A DNA stretch of 64,000 bases from an uncultured Actinomycetota bacterium (GTDB taxonomy: Bacteria > Actinomycetota > Actinomycetes > JACCUZ01), in assembly GCA_963705885.1 (NCBI GenBank), contig OY970120.1, positions 1,040,187 to 1,104,186 of the forward strand, read 5' to 3'. Positions 39,303 through 47,633 of this stretch are shown piece by piece. A program made the translations under genes and the position numbers. The notes beneath the pieces are model-generated. The model was not told the origin of the DNA and searched no databases. It saw nothing but the letters and a program-made list of their open reading frames with translations. Positions within the stretch are counted from its first letter, which is position 1; every line of letters starts with the position of its first letter.

Positions 39303-40388
39303 ATGAGCCACAGCGCTGACAACCGGAAGGGCGGCCCCTTGCCGTCGACATCGATGTCGCGTCGGGCGTTGCTCCGCACCGGAGCGTTGCTCGCCGGGTC
39401 GGGCGTCGCGGCCGGTGCGCTCGGCACCAGACAGGCGGTCGCGGCGACGATCACGACCGCGCCCGTGCCCCCTGGTGCCAGGGGCCCGCAGATCCCGGCC
39501 GAGGGCTACCTGCTGCGGGAGATCGGCGACGACCTCTTCTGGCTGACCGACGGCATCTACCAGATGATGTTCCTACGCACGCACCACGGCGTGGTGGTCG
39601 TCGATGCGCCGCCGACGATCGGCAACAACATCACGCGTGCCATCGCGCGCGTGACGCGCCACCCCGTGACCGACCTCGTCTACTCCCACCATCACGCCGA
39701 CCACATCGGCGCGGCGGCCATCTTCGACAACCCGCGGCTTCGCCGCTACGCGCACGAGGACACGGCTGCTCTGCTGGCGGAGGTCGGCGACCCGAACCGG
39801 CCGGTGCCGGAGCGTACGTTCAAGAAGTCGCGGCGGATCCGTCGTGGGCATCACGAGCTGCGGCTGGACTACCGCGGGCCGAACCACAGCTTCGGCAACA
39901 TCTTCGTCTACGCGCCGCGGCAGCGGGTGCTGATGCTCGTCGACGTCATCTTCCCCGGCTGGGTGCCCTTCGCGTACCTCGCGGTCTCGGCGAACGTCCC
40001 CGGTTGGCTGACGGCACACGACAAGGCGCTGGCCTACCCGTTCGAGACGCTGGTCGGCGGGCACCTCACGCGCCTCGGGACGCGGGCTGACGTCGCTGTG
40101 CAGCAGGAGTACCTCGAGGACCTGCGGAGCGAGACCACGGCGGCTCTGAGCCACCCGTCGGTGCTGGGGGCGGCGTTCGACCCCACGAAGGTCGATCAGA
40201 CGAACCCGTGGGCCGTCTTCGAGACCTACCTCGATGCGGCCGCGACGCGAGCGAGCGACATGGTGGTGCCTGACTGGGTCGACCGGCTGGGCGGCGCCGA
40301 CGTGTTCACCGACGAGAACGCCTTCGCGATGGCCGAGGCCGTGCGCATCGACTTCGGGAACCTCGGGCCCTTCGGCGTACGCCCGTGA
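39303..40388 (+). CDS. Tat-exported MBL-fold metallo-hydrolase
   Basis: SRRALLR twin-arginine signal; YSHHHADHIG, VGGH. Confidence 0.88.
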   Translation: MSHSADNRKGGPLPSTSMSRRALLRTGALLAGSGVAAGALGTRQAVAATITTAPVPPGARGPQIPAEGYLLREIGDDLFWLTDGIYQMMFLRTHHGVVVVDAPPTIGNNITRAIARVTRHPVTDLVYSHHHADHIGAAAIFDNPRLRRYAHEDTAALLAEVGDPNRPVPERTFKKSRRIRRGHHELRLDYRGPNHSFGNIFVYAPRQRVLMLVDVIFPGWVPFAYLAVSANVPGWLTAHDKALAYPFETLVGGHLTRLGTRADVAVQQEYLEDLRSETTAALSHPSVLGAAFDPTKVDQTNPWAVFETYLDAAATRASDMVVPDWVDRLGGADVFTDENAFAMAEAVRIDFGNLGPFGVRP

Positions 40389-40499
40389 AACGCGCGCCGC
40401 ACGGGGAGGAGACCTGAACGCCGGCTGAACGCGGTTTCCGCATGGTGCGCCGGGCGTCGTAGGGTCGCCGGGCGGGACATCGTCGATCGCTGGGTCCGG

Positions 40500-41417
40500 G
40501 TGGTGCAGGTGCGGGGAGTCACGCTCGGTGCCGGGCTGGTGGTCGCTGTGCTCGTGGCGACCGGCTGTGCCGGCCCGAACAGTGAGACGGAGCGGGAGAA
40601 CGCCGACGGGTCCCAGGCCTCGCTGTCGATCGGCGCGCCGGCCTCGGGCACCGTGACCGTCGTCGCCGCGGGCGACATCGGCAAGAGCCCGGCCGCCGGA
40701 GAGCGCACCGCCCGGCTCGTCGAGTCACTGGAGCCGGACGCGGTCCTGACCCTGGGAGACAACGCGTACGAGCGGGGCAGCCTCGCCGAGTACCGCGCCA
40801 ACTACCGCCCGACGTGGGGCCGTTTCAAGCGGATCACCCGGCCGGTCCCGGGCAACCACGAGTACGGGACGCCCGAGGCCGACGGCTACTTCGACTACTA
40901 CGGCCGGCGCGTCGCCGACAAGCCGTACTACGCCTGGAACGCCGGCGCGTGGCGGATGTACGCGCTGAACTGCGAGATCGACTGCGGCGAGGGCTCGGCC
41001 CAGCTCGCCTGGCTGCAACGTGACCTCTCGCGCAACCGTGACCGGCCGGCGCTCGCCTACCTGCACCGCCCGCGCTACACCTGCTCGAAGCACGCGCCGA
41101 TGGTCGAGGTCGGTCCGGTGTGGAAGGCCCTGCAGCGGGCGAGGGGGCGGCTCGTGCTGTCCGGCCACAACCACGTCTACGAGCGGTTCGCCAAGCAGAA
41201 CGCCAACGGCCGGAGGGCGCGCGACGGCTTGCGGCAGTTCGTCGTCGGCACGGGCGGCGCGGAGCCCTACGAGCTCACGCCGGGGTGCCCGAACCGACGC
41301 GCGTCGACGAACGACGTGAACGGCGTCCTGGTGCTCAAGCTGCGCGCCGACCGCTTCCGGTGGAAGTTCGTCGACGTGAACGGTCGCGTCCTCGACAAGG
41401 GCCGAGGTCGGGCCTGA
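40500..41417 (+). CDS. Calcineurin-like metallophosphoesterase lipoprotein
   Basis: Lipobox ATGC; AAGDI, LGDNAY, PGNHEY, SGHNHVY. Confidence 0.9.
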   Translation: MVQVRGVTLGAGLVVAVLVATGCAGPNSETERENADGSQASLSIGAPASGTVTVVAAGDIGKSPAAGERTARLVESLEPDAVLTLGDNAYERGSLAEYRANYRPTWGRFKRITRPVPGNHEYGTPEADGYFDYYGRRVADKPYYAWNAGAWRMYALNCEIDCGEGSAQLAWLQRDLSRNRDRPALAYLHRPRYTCSKHAPMVEVGPVWKALQRARGRLVLSGHNHVYERFAKQNANGRRARDGLRQFVVGTGGAEPYELTPGCPNRRASTNDVNGVLVLKLRADRFRWKFVDVNGRVLDKGRGRA

Positions 41418-41434
41418 GGCGTCCCGGGGACGCG

Positions 41435-41773
41435 TCAGCGCTTCGCGGCGGGGGGCTTCCGGCTCGGCGTCTCGACGCGCTCGTCGACACGGGCGTCGGC
41501 CGCGTCTGCCGGCACGTCGCTCGGTGTCAGGCGCTTGAGCACCGCATCCGGCCTCCTGCCTGCGCGGCGCATCGACGTCAGCTCGGGGCGCGAGACCCGC
41601 GCCGGGGCCGCGGCGTCCGAGACCAGCCGCCCGGTCGCCTCCGTCGGCACCTGCTTCCTCATGCGTGCCACCGCGGCGACCGGCTTGCTGCGCCGCCCCG
41701 CAAGCTCTACGACCTCCTCGTCGGTCACCTCGAGCGGCTCGGCCGGCCGGCGGAGGTCCTCGTCACCAGACAT
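41435..41773 (-). CDS. Hypothetical protein, last gene of a four-gene operon
   Basis: ATG overlaps the end of 41763..41981; charged, low-complexity sequence. Confidence 0.5.
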   Translation of the reverse strand: MSGDEDLRRPAEPLEVTDEEVVELAGRRSKPVAAVARMRKQVPTEATGRLVSDAAAPARVSRPELTSMRRAGRRPDAVLKRLTPSDVPADAADARVDERVETPSRKPPAAKR

Positions 41774-41981
41774 ACATCTCCTTGACGCGGCCGCTCTCGA
41801 CACGGACGTCGACGTTGCGCCCGGCGTCCTTGGCGTGCGCAGCGAGCACCGCGAAATTGGTGCAGGCGTCGTCGTGGCTGTCCTCGAACTTGCGCCACGC
41901 ACCGTCGATCCAGCCGTGCACGTTCGACCGCTGCTCGTTGGACCAGAGCGCGTCGACCCTCTTGCCGTTCAGCCACGCCAT
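41763..41981 (-). CDS. Small stand-alone protein (72 aa) paralogous to the N-terminal domain of 42527..43273
   Basis: LWSNEQRSN, WRKFEDSHDDACTNFAVLAAHAK vs LWANEQRSN, WRKLDDANDDACTNLLVLAAQAK. Confidence 0.85.
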   Translation of the reverse strand: MAWLNGKRVDALWSNEQRSNVHGWIDGAWRKFEDSHDDACTNFAVLAAHAKDAGRNVDVRVESGRVKEMYVW

Positions 41982-42005
41982 GCGGGCCACCTGCCTCTCA
42001 TCGGT

Positions 42006-42518
42006 TCACGGACGTACGTCGTCGATCCCGAGGACCCTGCCCGCCGTCGCATAGACCGCGTCGGCCGCCGCCAGCACCTCGGCCGGCGGCGTCCTGCCCT
42101 GCACCGCCGCCTGGTCGGGGTCGGCCGCGAAATACGTCCGGTAGGTCGACCCGCCCACGGTGATCTCCAGGATGCCGACGACGGTGTCGGGGAGGAACCT
42201 CGCCGGCTCCGGTCGGGCCGCGAGCACCTTGCTCGCGACCAGGCGGCGGCCGAGGTCGGCGAGGGCCTTGGTGTCGATCTCGTGCTGGTCGGCCTCGCCG
42301 TGGCGCCCGCTCATGTCGCAGTCGAGCGCGCACGTCTCGAGCCGCGACCCACGCGCCGCGAACACGAAGCGGTAGTGCTGCCCCGGGGCGCCGCCGGTCG
42401 TCCGCAGCGAGATCGTGAGGTCGTCGTCGACGTCGCCCTTGGCCGCGCGCGCGAGGGACTCGCGGACGACCCCGGTGTCGTCGAAGGGAACCGGCTCCTG
42501 CTTGTGCTGCGCGGTCAT
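42006..42518 (-). CDS. Hypothetical protein
   Basis: AGGAG RBS; globular composition (RFLPDTVVGILEITVGG...YFAADP). Confidence 0.75.
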   Translation of the reverse strand: MTAQHKQEPVPFDDTGVVRESLARAAKGDVDDDLTISLRTTGGAPGQHYRFVFAARGSRLETCALDCDMSGRHGEADQHEIDTKALADLGRRLVASKVLAARPEPARFLPDTVVGILEITVGGSTYRTYFAADPDQAAVQGRTPPAEVLAAADAVYATAGRVLGIDDVRP

Positions 42519-42526
42519 GCGCTCTC

Positions 42527-43273
42527 CTAGGCCGGGCTCGTGGTCTGGCCGAGACGGTCGCAGAACGGTCTGCAGAGTCGCAGCACCACCTCGGTGTTGT
42601 CGTCCATCACGGTCCCGGTGTTCTTCGGGCTCCGGTCCGGGCACACGTCGTCCTCGGCGTACTCGTCGGGATGCCCGAGCAGGTGCCCGAACTCGTGGGA
42701 CGCCACGTCGCCGGAGTCGGTGGTGTGCCAGAGACCGAGGTTGCTGCGACCGTTGCCCTTCTTGACCCGCACCGTGAGGTGCGGGCTCGACGAGGTCCAG
42801 TCGACCCGGAAGGTCAGCGCGCACGACGAGCACCGGAACCGGTAGCTCCACTTGTCCTCGATGCCGCGCTTCCAGCGACCCTTGACCTCGGCCAGCAGGT
42901 CGGCGGAGACGTCGGCATCGGGGTTGAGCTGGATCCTCGCCACGATGTTGGTGCCCTGCTGCACGAACGCCGCTGTCCAGCCGAACGTGCACTCGGCGAC
43001 CGAGAAGCTGACCTCCTGCGCTGCGGGCGGCGACGACGGCGACAGGTCGTAGATCTCGGTGATGAACCACCGCTCGCCGCGCAGGACCTCGCGGACCTTG
43101 ACGGTCGCGTTCTGCGCCTTGGCCTGGGCGGCGAGCACGAGCAGGTTGGTGCAGGCGTCGTCGTTCGCGTCGTCGAGCTTGCGCCACCCGGCCCCGGCGA
43201 GGTAGGCCCAGGCGTTGGAGCGCTGCTCGTTCGCCCACAGCCCCACGATGCGCCGGTCGCACGACACCGCCAT
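42527..43273 (-). CDS. Metzincin-type zinc metallopeptidase with small N-terminal domain
   Basis: HEFGHLLGHPDEY zinc motif plus downstream Met-turn (TVMD); GGAGGAGG RBS. Confidence 0.82.
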   Translation of the reverse strand: MAVSCDRRIVGLWANEQRSNAWAYLAGAGWRKLDDANDDACTNLLVLAAQAKAQNATVKVREVLRGERWFITEIYDLSPSSPPAAQEVSFSVAECTFGWTAAFVQQGTNIVARIQLNPDADVSADLLAEVKGRWKRGIEDKWSYRFRCSSCALTFRVDWTSSSPHLTVRVKKGNGRSNLGLWHTTDSGDVASHEFGHLLGHPDEYAEDDVCPDRSPKNTGTVMDDNTEVVLRLCRPFCDRLGQTTSPA

Positions 43274-43372
43274 CCCGGTCGCCTCCTCCGCCGTCACGCC
43301 CGACCAGGGAAGTCCCGACCATCATGCGCCGCCCGCTCCGCCCGCGGAACCCCCGCGTTCGCCACCGGCCCG

Positions 43373-44395
43373 TCACCGCTCCAGCTCGGTGCGGACGCCG
43401 AGCAGTCTCACGGCCCGGCCGGGCGCGAACCGGTCCAGCGCCTCCAGCGCGGCGTGCTCGATGGCGGTGGAGTCGACCGTCGGCCCGGCGAGCGCGCGCG
43501 AGTGGGTGACGGTGCTGAACGGCACGTAGCGCACCGTCACCACGACACGCACCGCGGGCGGCCCGCCGTCGGCGATCTCCCCGGCGACCCGTCGGGCAAG
43601 TGCCGCCACCTCGCGACGTACGTCCGCCCAGTCGGCGAGGTCCTGCTGGTAGGTCACCTCGCGGCCGCGGCTCCTCGCGCGGTACGGCGCTCCGGTGACC
43701 GTCGCGCTGTCGCGGCCCTGCGCCAGGCGCACCAGCCACGGGCCCGTGGCCGGCCCGAAGCGCGCGGCGAGCACGGCCTCGTCGGTGTTGGCGAGCTGGC
43801 GCACCGTGGTGATGCCGAGGTCGGCGAGCTTGCGCGCGGTCTTGCTGCCGATGCCCCAGAGCGCGTTCGGCGCCCGGTCGCCGAGGACGTCGAACCACGT
43901 GGCGCCGGTGAGGCGGAAGACGCCGGCCGGCTTGCCGAACCCGGTGGCCAGCTTGGCCTGCAGCCGGTTGCGCCCGATGCCGACGGTGCACTCCAGACCG
44001 GTGCTGTCGCGCACCCGGTCCTGCAGCTGCCGGGCCACGGCCTCCGGGTCGTCGGTGTCGACGGCGAGGAACGCCTCGTCCCAGCCGAGCACCTCCACGA
44101 CCGTGCCGTCGCTGCCGAGGGCGGCCATCACGTCGGCCGACACGGCCTCGTAGTGCTCGCGGTCCACGGGCAGGAACACCGCGTCCGGGATCCTCCTGGC
44201 GGCGGTGCGCAGCGGGGTGCCCGAGCCGACCCCGAGCTCGCGCGCCTCGTACGACGCCGTGCTGACCACCCCGCGCTTGGTCGGGTCACCGTCGCCGCCG
44301 ACGACCACGGCGCGGCCGCGCAGCTCCGGGTGGCGCAGCGTCTCGACGGCGGCCAGGAACTGGTCGAGGTCGACGTGGAGCACCCACAAGGTCAC
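43373..44395 (-). CDS. dinB: DNA polymerase IV (Y family)
   Basis: LHVDLDQFLAAVE, STASYEAR, GWDEAF, KPAG, LWGIG, VRLLGV. Confidence 0.92.
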   Translation of the reverse strand: MTLWVLHVDLDQFLAAVETLRHPELRGRAVVVGGDGDPTKRGVVSTASYEARELGVGSGTPLRTAARRIPDAVFLPVDREHYEAVSADVMAALGSDGTVVEVLGWDEAFLAVDTDDPEAVARQLQDRVRDSTGLECTVGIGRNRLQAKLATGFGKPAGVFRLTGATWFDVLGDRAPNALWGIGSKTARKLADLGITTVRQLANTDEAVLAARFGPATGPWLVRLAQGRDSATVTGAPYRARSRGREVTYQQDLADWADVRREVAALARRVAGEIADGGPPAVRVVVTVRYVPFSTVTHSRALAGPTVDSTAIEHAALEALDRFAPGRAVRLLGVRTELER

Positions 44396-44595
44396 CGGCC
44401 CAGTCTGCGCCGACGCTCAGCCTGGACCGACGACGAAGATCATCGAGCCGAGCCGTTCGGCCACGGCCCGCCTGGGTCGGTCCTGGCGGCGACCACCGGG
44501 GTCCCCGGGGTTTGAGGTGCGCAGATGGGGACATTTCCGGGCGCGAGTCCCACAGACGTGAGACCCGCACCCTGCTCGAGGTCAAGGAGAGTCCC

Positions 44596-45189
44596 ATGGT
44601 CGGACGCATCACCCGGGCGCTCGCGCTCGTGGTCACGCTCGCGATGGTCGCGCTCGTGGCAGCCGGCGGCACGCAGTCGGCTTCCGCGGCGAAGATCAAG
44701 AACGACTACGGCACGATGAAGGTCAAGAAGGTCACCGGCGAGTCGGACAACGGCGCGACCTTCGCCGGTCAGTACACCGTCCGCAAGTTCGTCGCGCGCG
44801 GCGACACCCTGATGGCCGTCGGCAAGCTCACCGGTGATCTCACCAAGAAGAACGGCAACACCAGGGCGGTCAGCGAGCGGGTCAAGCTGCCCGTGACCGT
44901 CCCCGGTTCGAGCGCGTCCGGCGCCCGCTCGACGTCGTCGGTGAAGCAGCTCTCGCCGGCCAGCTGCGAGGTCCTCAACCTGGTCCTCGGGCCGCTGGAC
45001 CTCGACCTGCTCGGCCTGGTCATCCACCTCGACCGCGTCGTCCTGAACATCACCGCGGTGCCGGGTGCCGGCAACCTGCTCGGCAACCTGCTCTGCGCTG
45101 TCGCCGGGCTGCTCGACGGCGCGAGCCTGCCGAACCTGAACGTGCTCGCCGACCTGCTCACCGCGATCCTCGGCATCCTGCGGCTCTAG
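44596..45189 (+). CDS. Secreted hypothetical protein with Cys-bracketed LGPLDLDLLGL motif
   Basis: AAGGAG RBS; signal peptide; CEVLNLVLGPLDLDLLGL...GNLLGNLLCAVAGLLD. Confidence 0.82.
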   Translation: MVGRITRALALVVTLAMVALVAAGGTQSASAAKIKNDYGTMKVKKVTGESDNGATFAGQYTVRKFVARGDTLMAVGKLTGDLTKKNGNTRAVSERVKLPVTVPGSSASGARSTSSVKQLSPASCEVLNLVLGPLDLDLLGLVIHLDRVVLNITAVPGAGNLLGNLLCAVAGLLDGASLPNLNVLADLLTAILGILRL

Positions 45190-45210
45190 GTTCCGCAGCC
45201 CGCACGCACG

Positions 45211-45244
45211 GTGCCGGTGCCCCTGGAACCGGGGGCACCGGCAC
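45211..45244 (+). terminator. Intrinsic terminator-like hairpin
   Basis: GTGCCGGTGCCCC / GGGGCACCGGCAC 13-bp perfect stem after stop 45189. Confidence 0.7.
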
Positions 45245-45266
45245 GTGTTCGGTCTAGGGTCGGCGC

Positions 45267-45899
45267 ATGATCGAGATGAGCATGAACAAGGTGATCCACG
45301 GAGCCGTCCGGCGGGACCTGGACAGGTTCATCGACGCGCTGAGCACCTTCCCCGCCGGGGACTCCGACCGGGCACGGCAGCTCGGCACCGCGTGGGCGAA
45401 CTTCGACGACCAGCTCACCACTCACCACGAGGGCGAGCACGAGATCGCGTGGCCGGCGCTGGAGTCGGTCGGGGTGAGCAGGGACCTCCTCGCGTCGATG
45501 GACGCCGAGCACGACGCGATGGCCGCCGCGCTGGCCGAGGCGCGCACCGCGATGGACACCCTCACGCGCACGGCCGGTGCGGACGATGCCGCGGCGGCGC
45601 TGGCTGCCGTACGCGCGCTGAAGGCGGTGACGGTCGCCCACCTGGAGCACGAGGAGGCCGAGCTCGAGGCTGTCTACCTGGCCAAGCGCGAGACGCCGGA
45701 GATCAAGGCCATGGGCAAGGCCTTCGGGAAGGTCAGCCCGGCACGGGGCGGCCGGTTCTTCGCCTGGGTGCTCGACGGCGCGTCGCCTGCCGAGCGGGAG
45801 GCCGTGACCCGGGACGTGCCCGGTCCGGTGCTCACCATCATCGGCGGCGTGTTCGGACGGGGCTACCGCAAGAACGTCGCCCCGGTGTGGAGGAGCTGA
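45267..45899 (+). CDS. Hemerythrin domain protein
   Basis: HGAVRRDL, HHEGE, EHDAM, HLEHEE. Confidence 0.85.
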   Translation: MIEMSMNKVIHGAVRRDLDRFIDALSTFPAGDSDRARQLGTAWANFDDQLTTHHEGEHEIAWPALESVGVSRDLLASMDAEHDAMAAALAEARTAMDTLTRTAGADDAAAALAAVRALKAVTVAHLEHEEAELEAVYLAKRETPEIKAMGKAFGKVSPARGGRFFAWVLDGASPAEREAVTRDVPGPVLTIIGGVFGRGYRKNVAPVWRS

Positions 45900-46007
45900 G
45901 CCCGCCGTCCGCTGAGGGCGGACGCCTCCGCGACGCTGCCTGAATGTCACCGGTCTGGGCCGTGCCGGGCGTATGCTCCGGGTTGTTCCGACGTCCCGGG
46001 AGTGTGC

Positions 46008-46211
46008 ATGTCGTTGCCCGACCTGGCAGTCCCCTTCTACCTGGACGCCGGCACCGGCAGCATGCTGGTGCAGATGGCGGTCGCAGGTGTGGCGGGTGTC
46101 GCCGTGTTCGCCAAGGTCTTCTGGGCCAGGCTGACCGGCCCCTTCCGGCGCAAGAGCACGCCCCCCGAGGACGGGGTGGCCGCCGCCGCCTCGCAGCCGG
46201 CCGACGACTGA
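46008..46211 (+). CDS. Small single-pass membrane protein (YLDxGTGS motif)
   Basis: FYLDAGTGSMLVQ followed by a hydrophobic helix and basic tail. Confidence 0.7.
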   Translation: MSLPDLAVPFYLDAGTGSMLVQMAVAGVAGVAVFAKVFWARLTGPFRRKSTPPEDGVAAAASQPADD

Positions 46212-46214
46212 CGG

Positions 46215-47633
46215 GTGGTCGTGTCCCCGTCCCGCGCCGACCCCGCCTCGTTCCGTGACCCGCACAGCTCCGTCCTGCTCGTCGGCGACCAGGTCCTCCG
46301 CCGGCTCTCCCCGTCTGCCGCCGACGACTGGCGGCAGCTGCGCGAGACGGCGTGCTTCGCCACCCGGGTGAGCGCCGGCGAGATCGTCGCCACCGAGGCG
46401 ATGGACGCCGCCGACCGGCCCGATGTCGGCGACGAGTCCACCTGGCCGGTGGTCCTTCGGCACGAGCGGATCCCGTTCGTCTCCTACCCGTACGAGTGGT
46501 GCTTCTCGCAGCTGCAGGACGCCGGCGCGCTGCACATCGACCTGCTGCTCGACGTGCTCGGTGAGCAGATGACGATGAAGGACGGCTACGCCTACAACCT
46601 GCAGTTCCGCGGGTCGGCGCCGGTCTTCATCGACGTCGGGTCCTTCGAGGCCTACCGCGGCGGACCGTGGGCGGGCTACCGCCAGTTCTGTCAGACGGTG
46701 CTCTTCCCGTTGCTGCTGCAGGCGCACCGGAACGTGCCGTTCCGGCCGTTCCTGCGCGGACAGGTCAACGGCATCGAGCCGGCGCAGATGCGAGCGCTGA
46801 TGGCCGGCCGCGACCTCATGCGCGCCGGGGTGCTCAAGCACGTCGCGCTGCACAGCGCGGTCGACGCGCGACATGCCGACAAGGGCGACGGGTCGCGCGC
46901 GACCGCGGAGAAGCTGCGCGACTCCGGCTTCTCCGACGCCGTCGCGCTGGCCGCGGCGCGCAACACCGGCACCCTCGTGCGCAAGCTGCGCTGGAAGCCG
47001 GGGGAGTCGCACTGGACGACCTACCAGCAGACCAGCACCTACACCGACGCCGAGCGCGAGCAGAAGGTGGCGTTCGTCGCGTCGGCGCTCGCGCAGCAGC
47101 GGTCGGGACTCGTGCTCGATCTCGGCTGCAATGACGGGACCTTCTCCCGGGTGGCCCAGGAGCACGCCGACCACGTCGTCGCGGTCGACGGCGACGAGCA
47201 GACCATCGACGCGCTCTACCGGCAGCTCCGCGCCGAGGGCAACCGCACGATCCTCCCGCTGGTGATGGACCTGACCGACCCGTCGCCGGCGATCGGCTGG
47301 CGCTCGCAGGAACGCGCGTCGTTCCTGGACCGGGCGCGACCGGACGCGGTGCTGGCGCTCGCCCTGGTCCACCACCTGGCGATCGGCGCGAACATCCCGC
47401 TGCCCGAGGTGGTGTCCTGGCTGCGCGGCTTCGGCGGGCGGCTGGTCGTGGAGTTCGTCGAGCCGACCGACCCGATGGCGCAGCGGCTGCTGGCCAACAA
47501 GCCCGCCGGGCTCTTCCCCGACTACCGGCGCGAGGCCTTCGAGGAGCTGCTCGCCGCGCGCTTCCGGGTGGAGCGGCAGGTGACTCTCACCGGCGGGACG
47601 CGCACGCTGTACGCCGCCGTACCCCATGGCTGA
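46215..47633 (+). CDS. NoeA-like protein: N-terminal kinase-like region + C-terminal SAM methyltransferase
   Basis: ASFRDP, PFVSYPYEW, KDGYAYN, FIDVGSF; VLDLGCNDG, LALALVHHL. Confidence 0.8.
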   Translation: MVVSPSRADPASFRDPHSSVLLVGDQVLRRLSPSAADDWRQLRETACFATRVSAGEIVATEAMDAADRPDVGDESTWPVVLRHERIPFVSYPYEWCFSQLQDAGALHIDLLLDVLGEQMTMKDGYAYNLQFRGSAPVFIDVGSFEAYRGGPWAGYRQFCQTVLFPLLLQAHRNVPFRPFLRGQVNGIEPAQMRALMAGRDLMRAGVLKHVALHSAVDARHADKGDGSRATAEKLRDSGFSDAVALAAARNTGTLVRKLRWKPGESHWTTYQQTSTYTDAEREQKVAFVASALAQQRSGLVLDLGCNDGTFSRVAQEHADHVVAVDGDEQTIDALYRQLRAEGNRTILPLVMDLTDPSPAIGWRSQERASFLDRARPDAVLALALVHHLAIGANIPLPEVVSWLRGFGGRLVVEFVEPTDPMAQRLLANKPAGLFPDYRREAFEELLAARFRVERQVTLTGGTRTLYAAVPHG

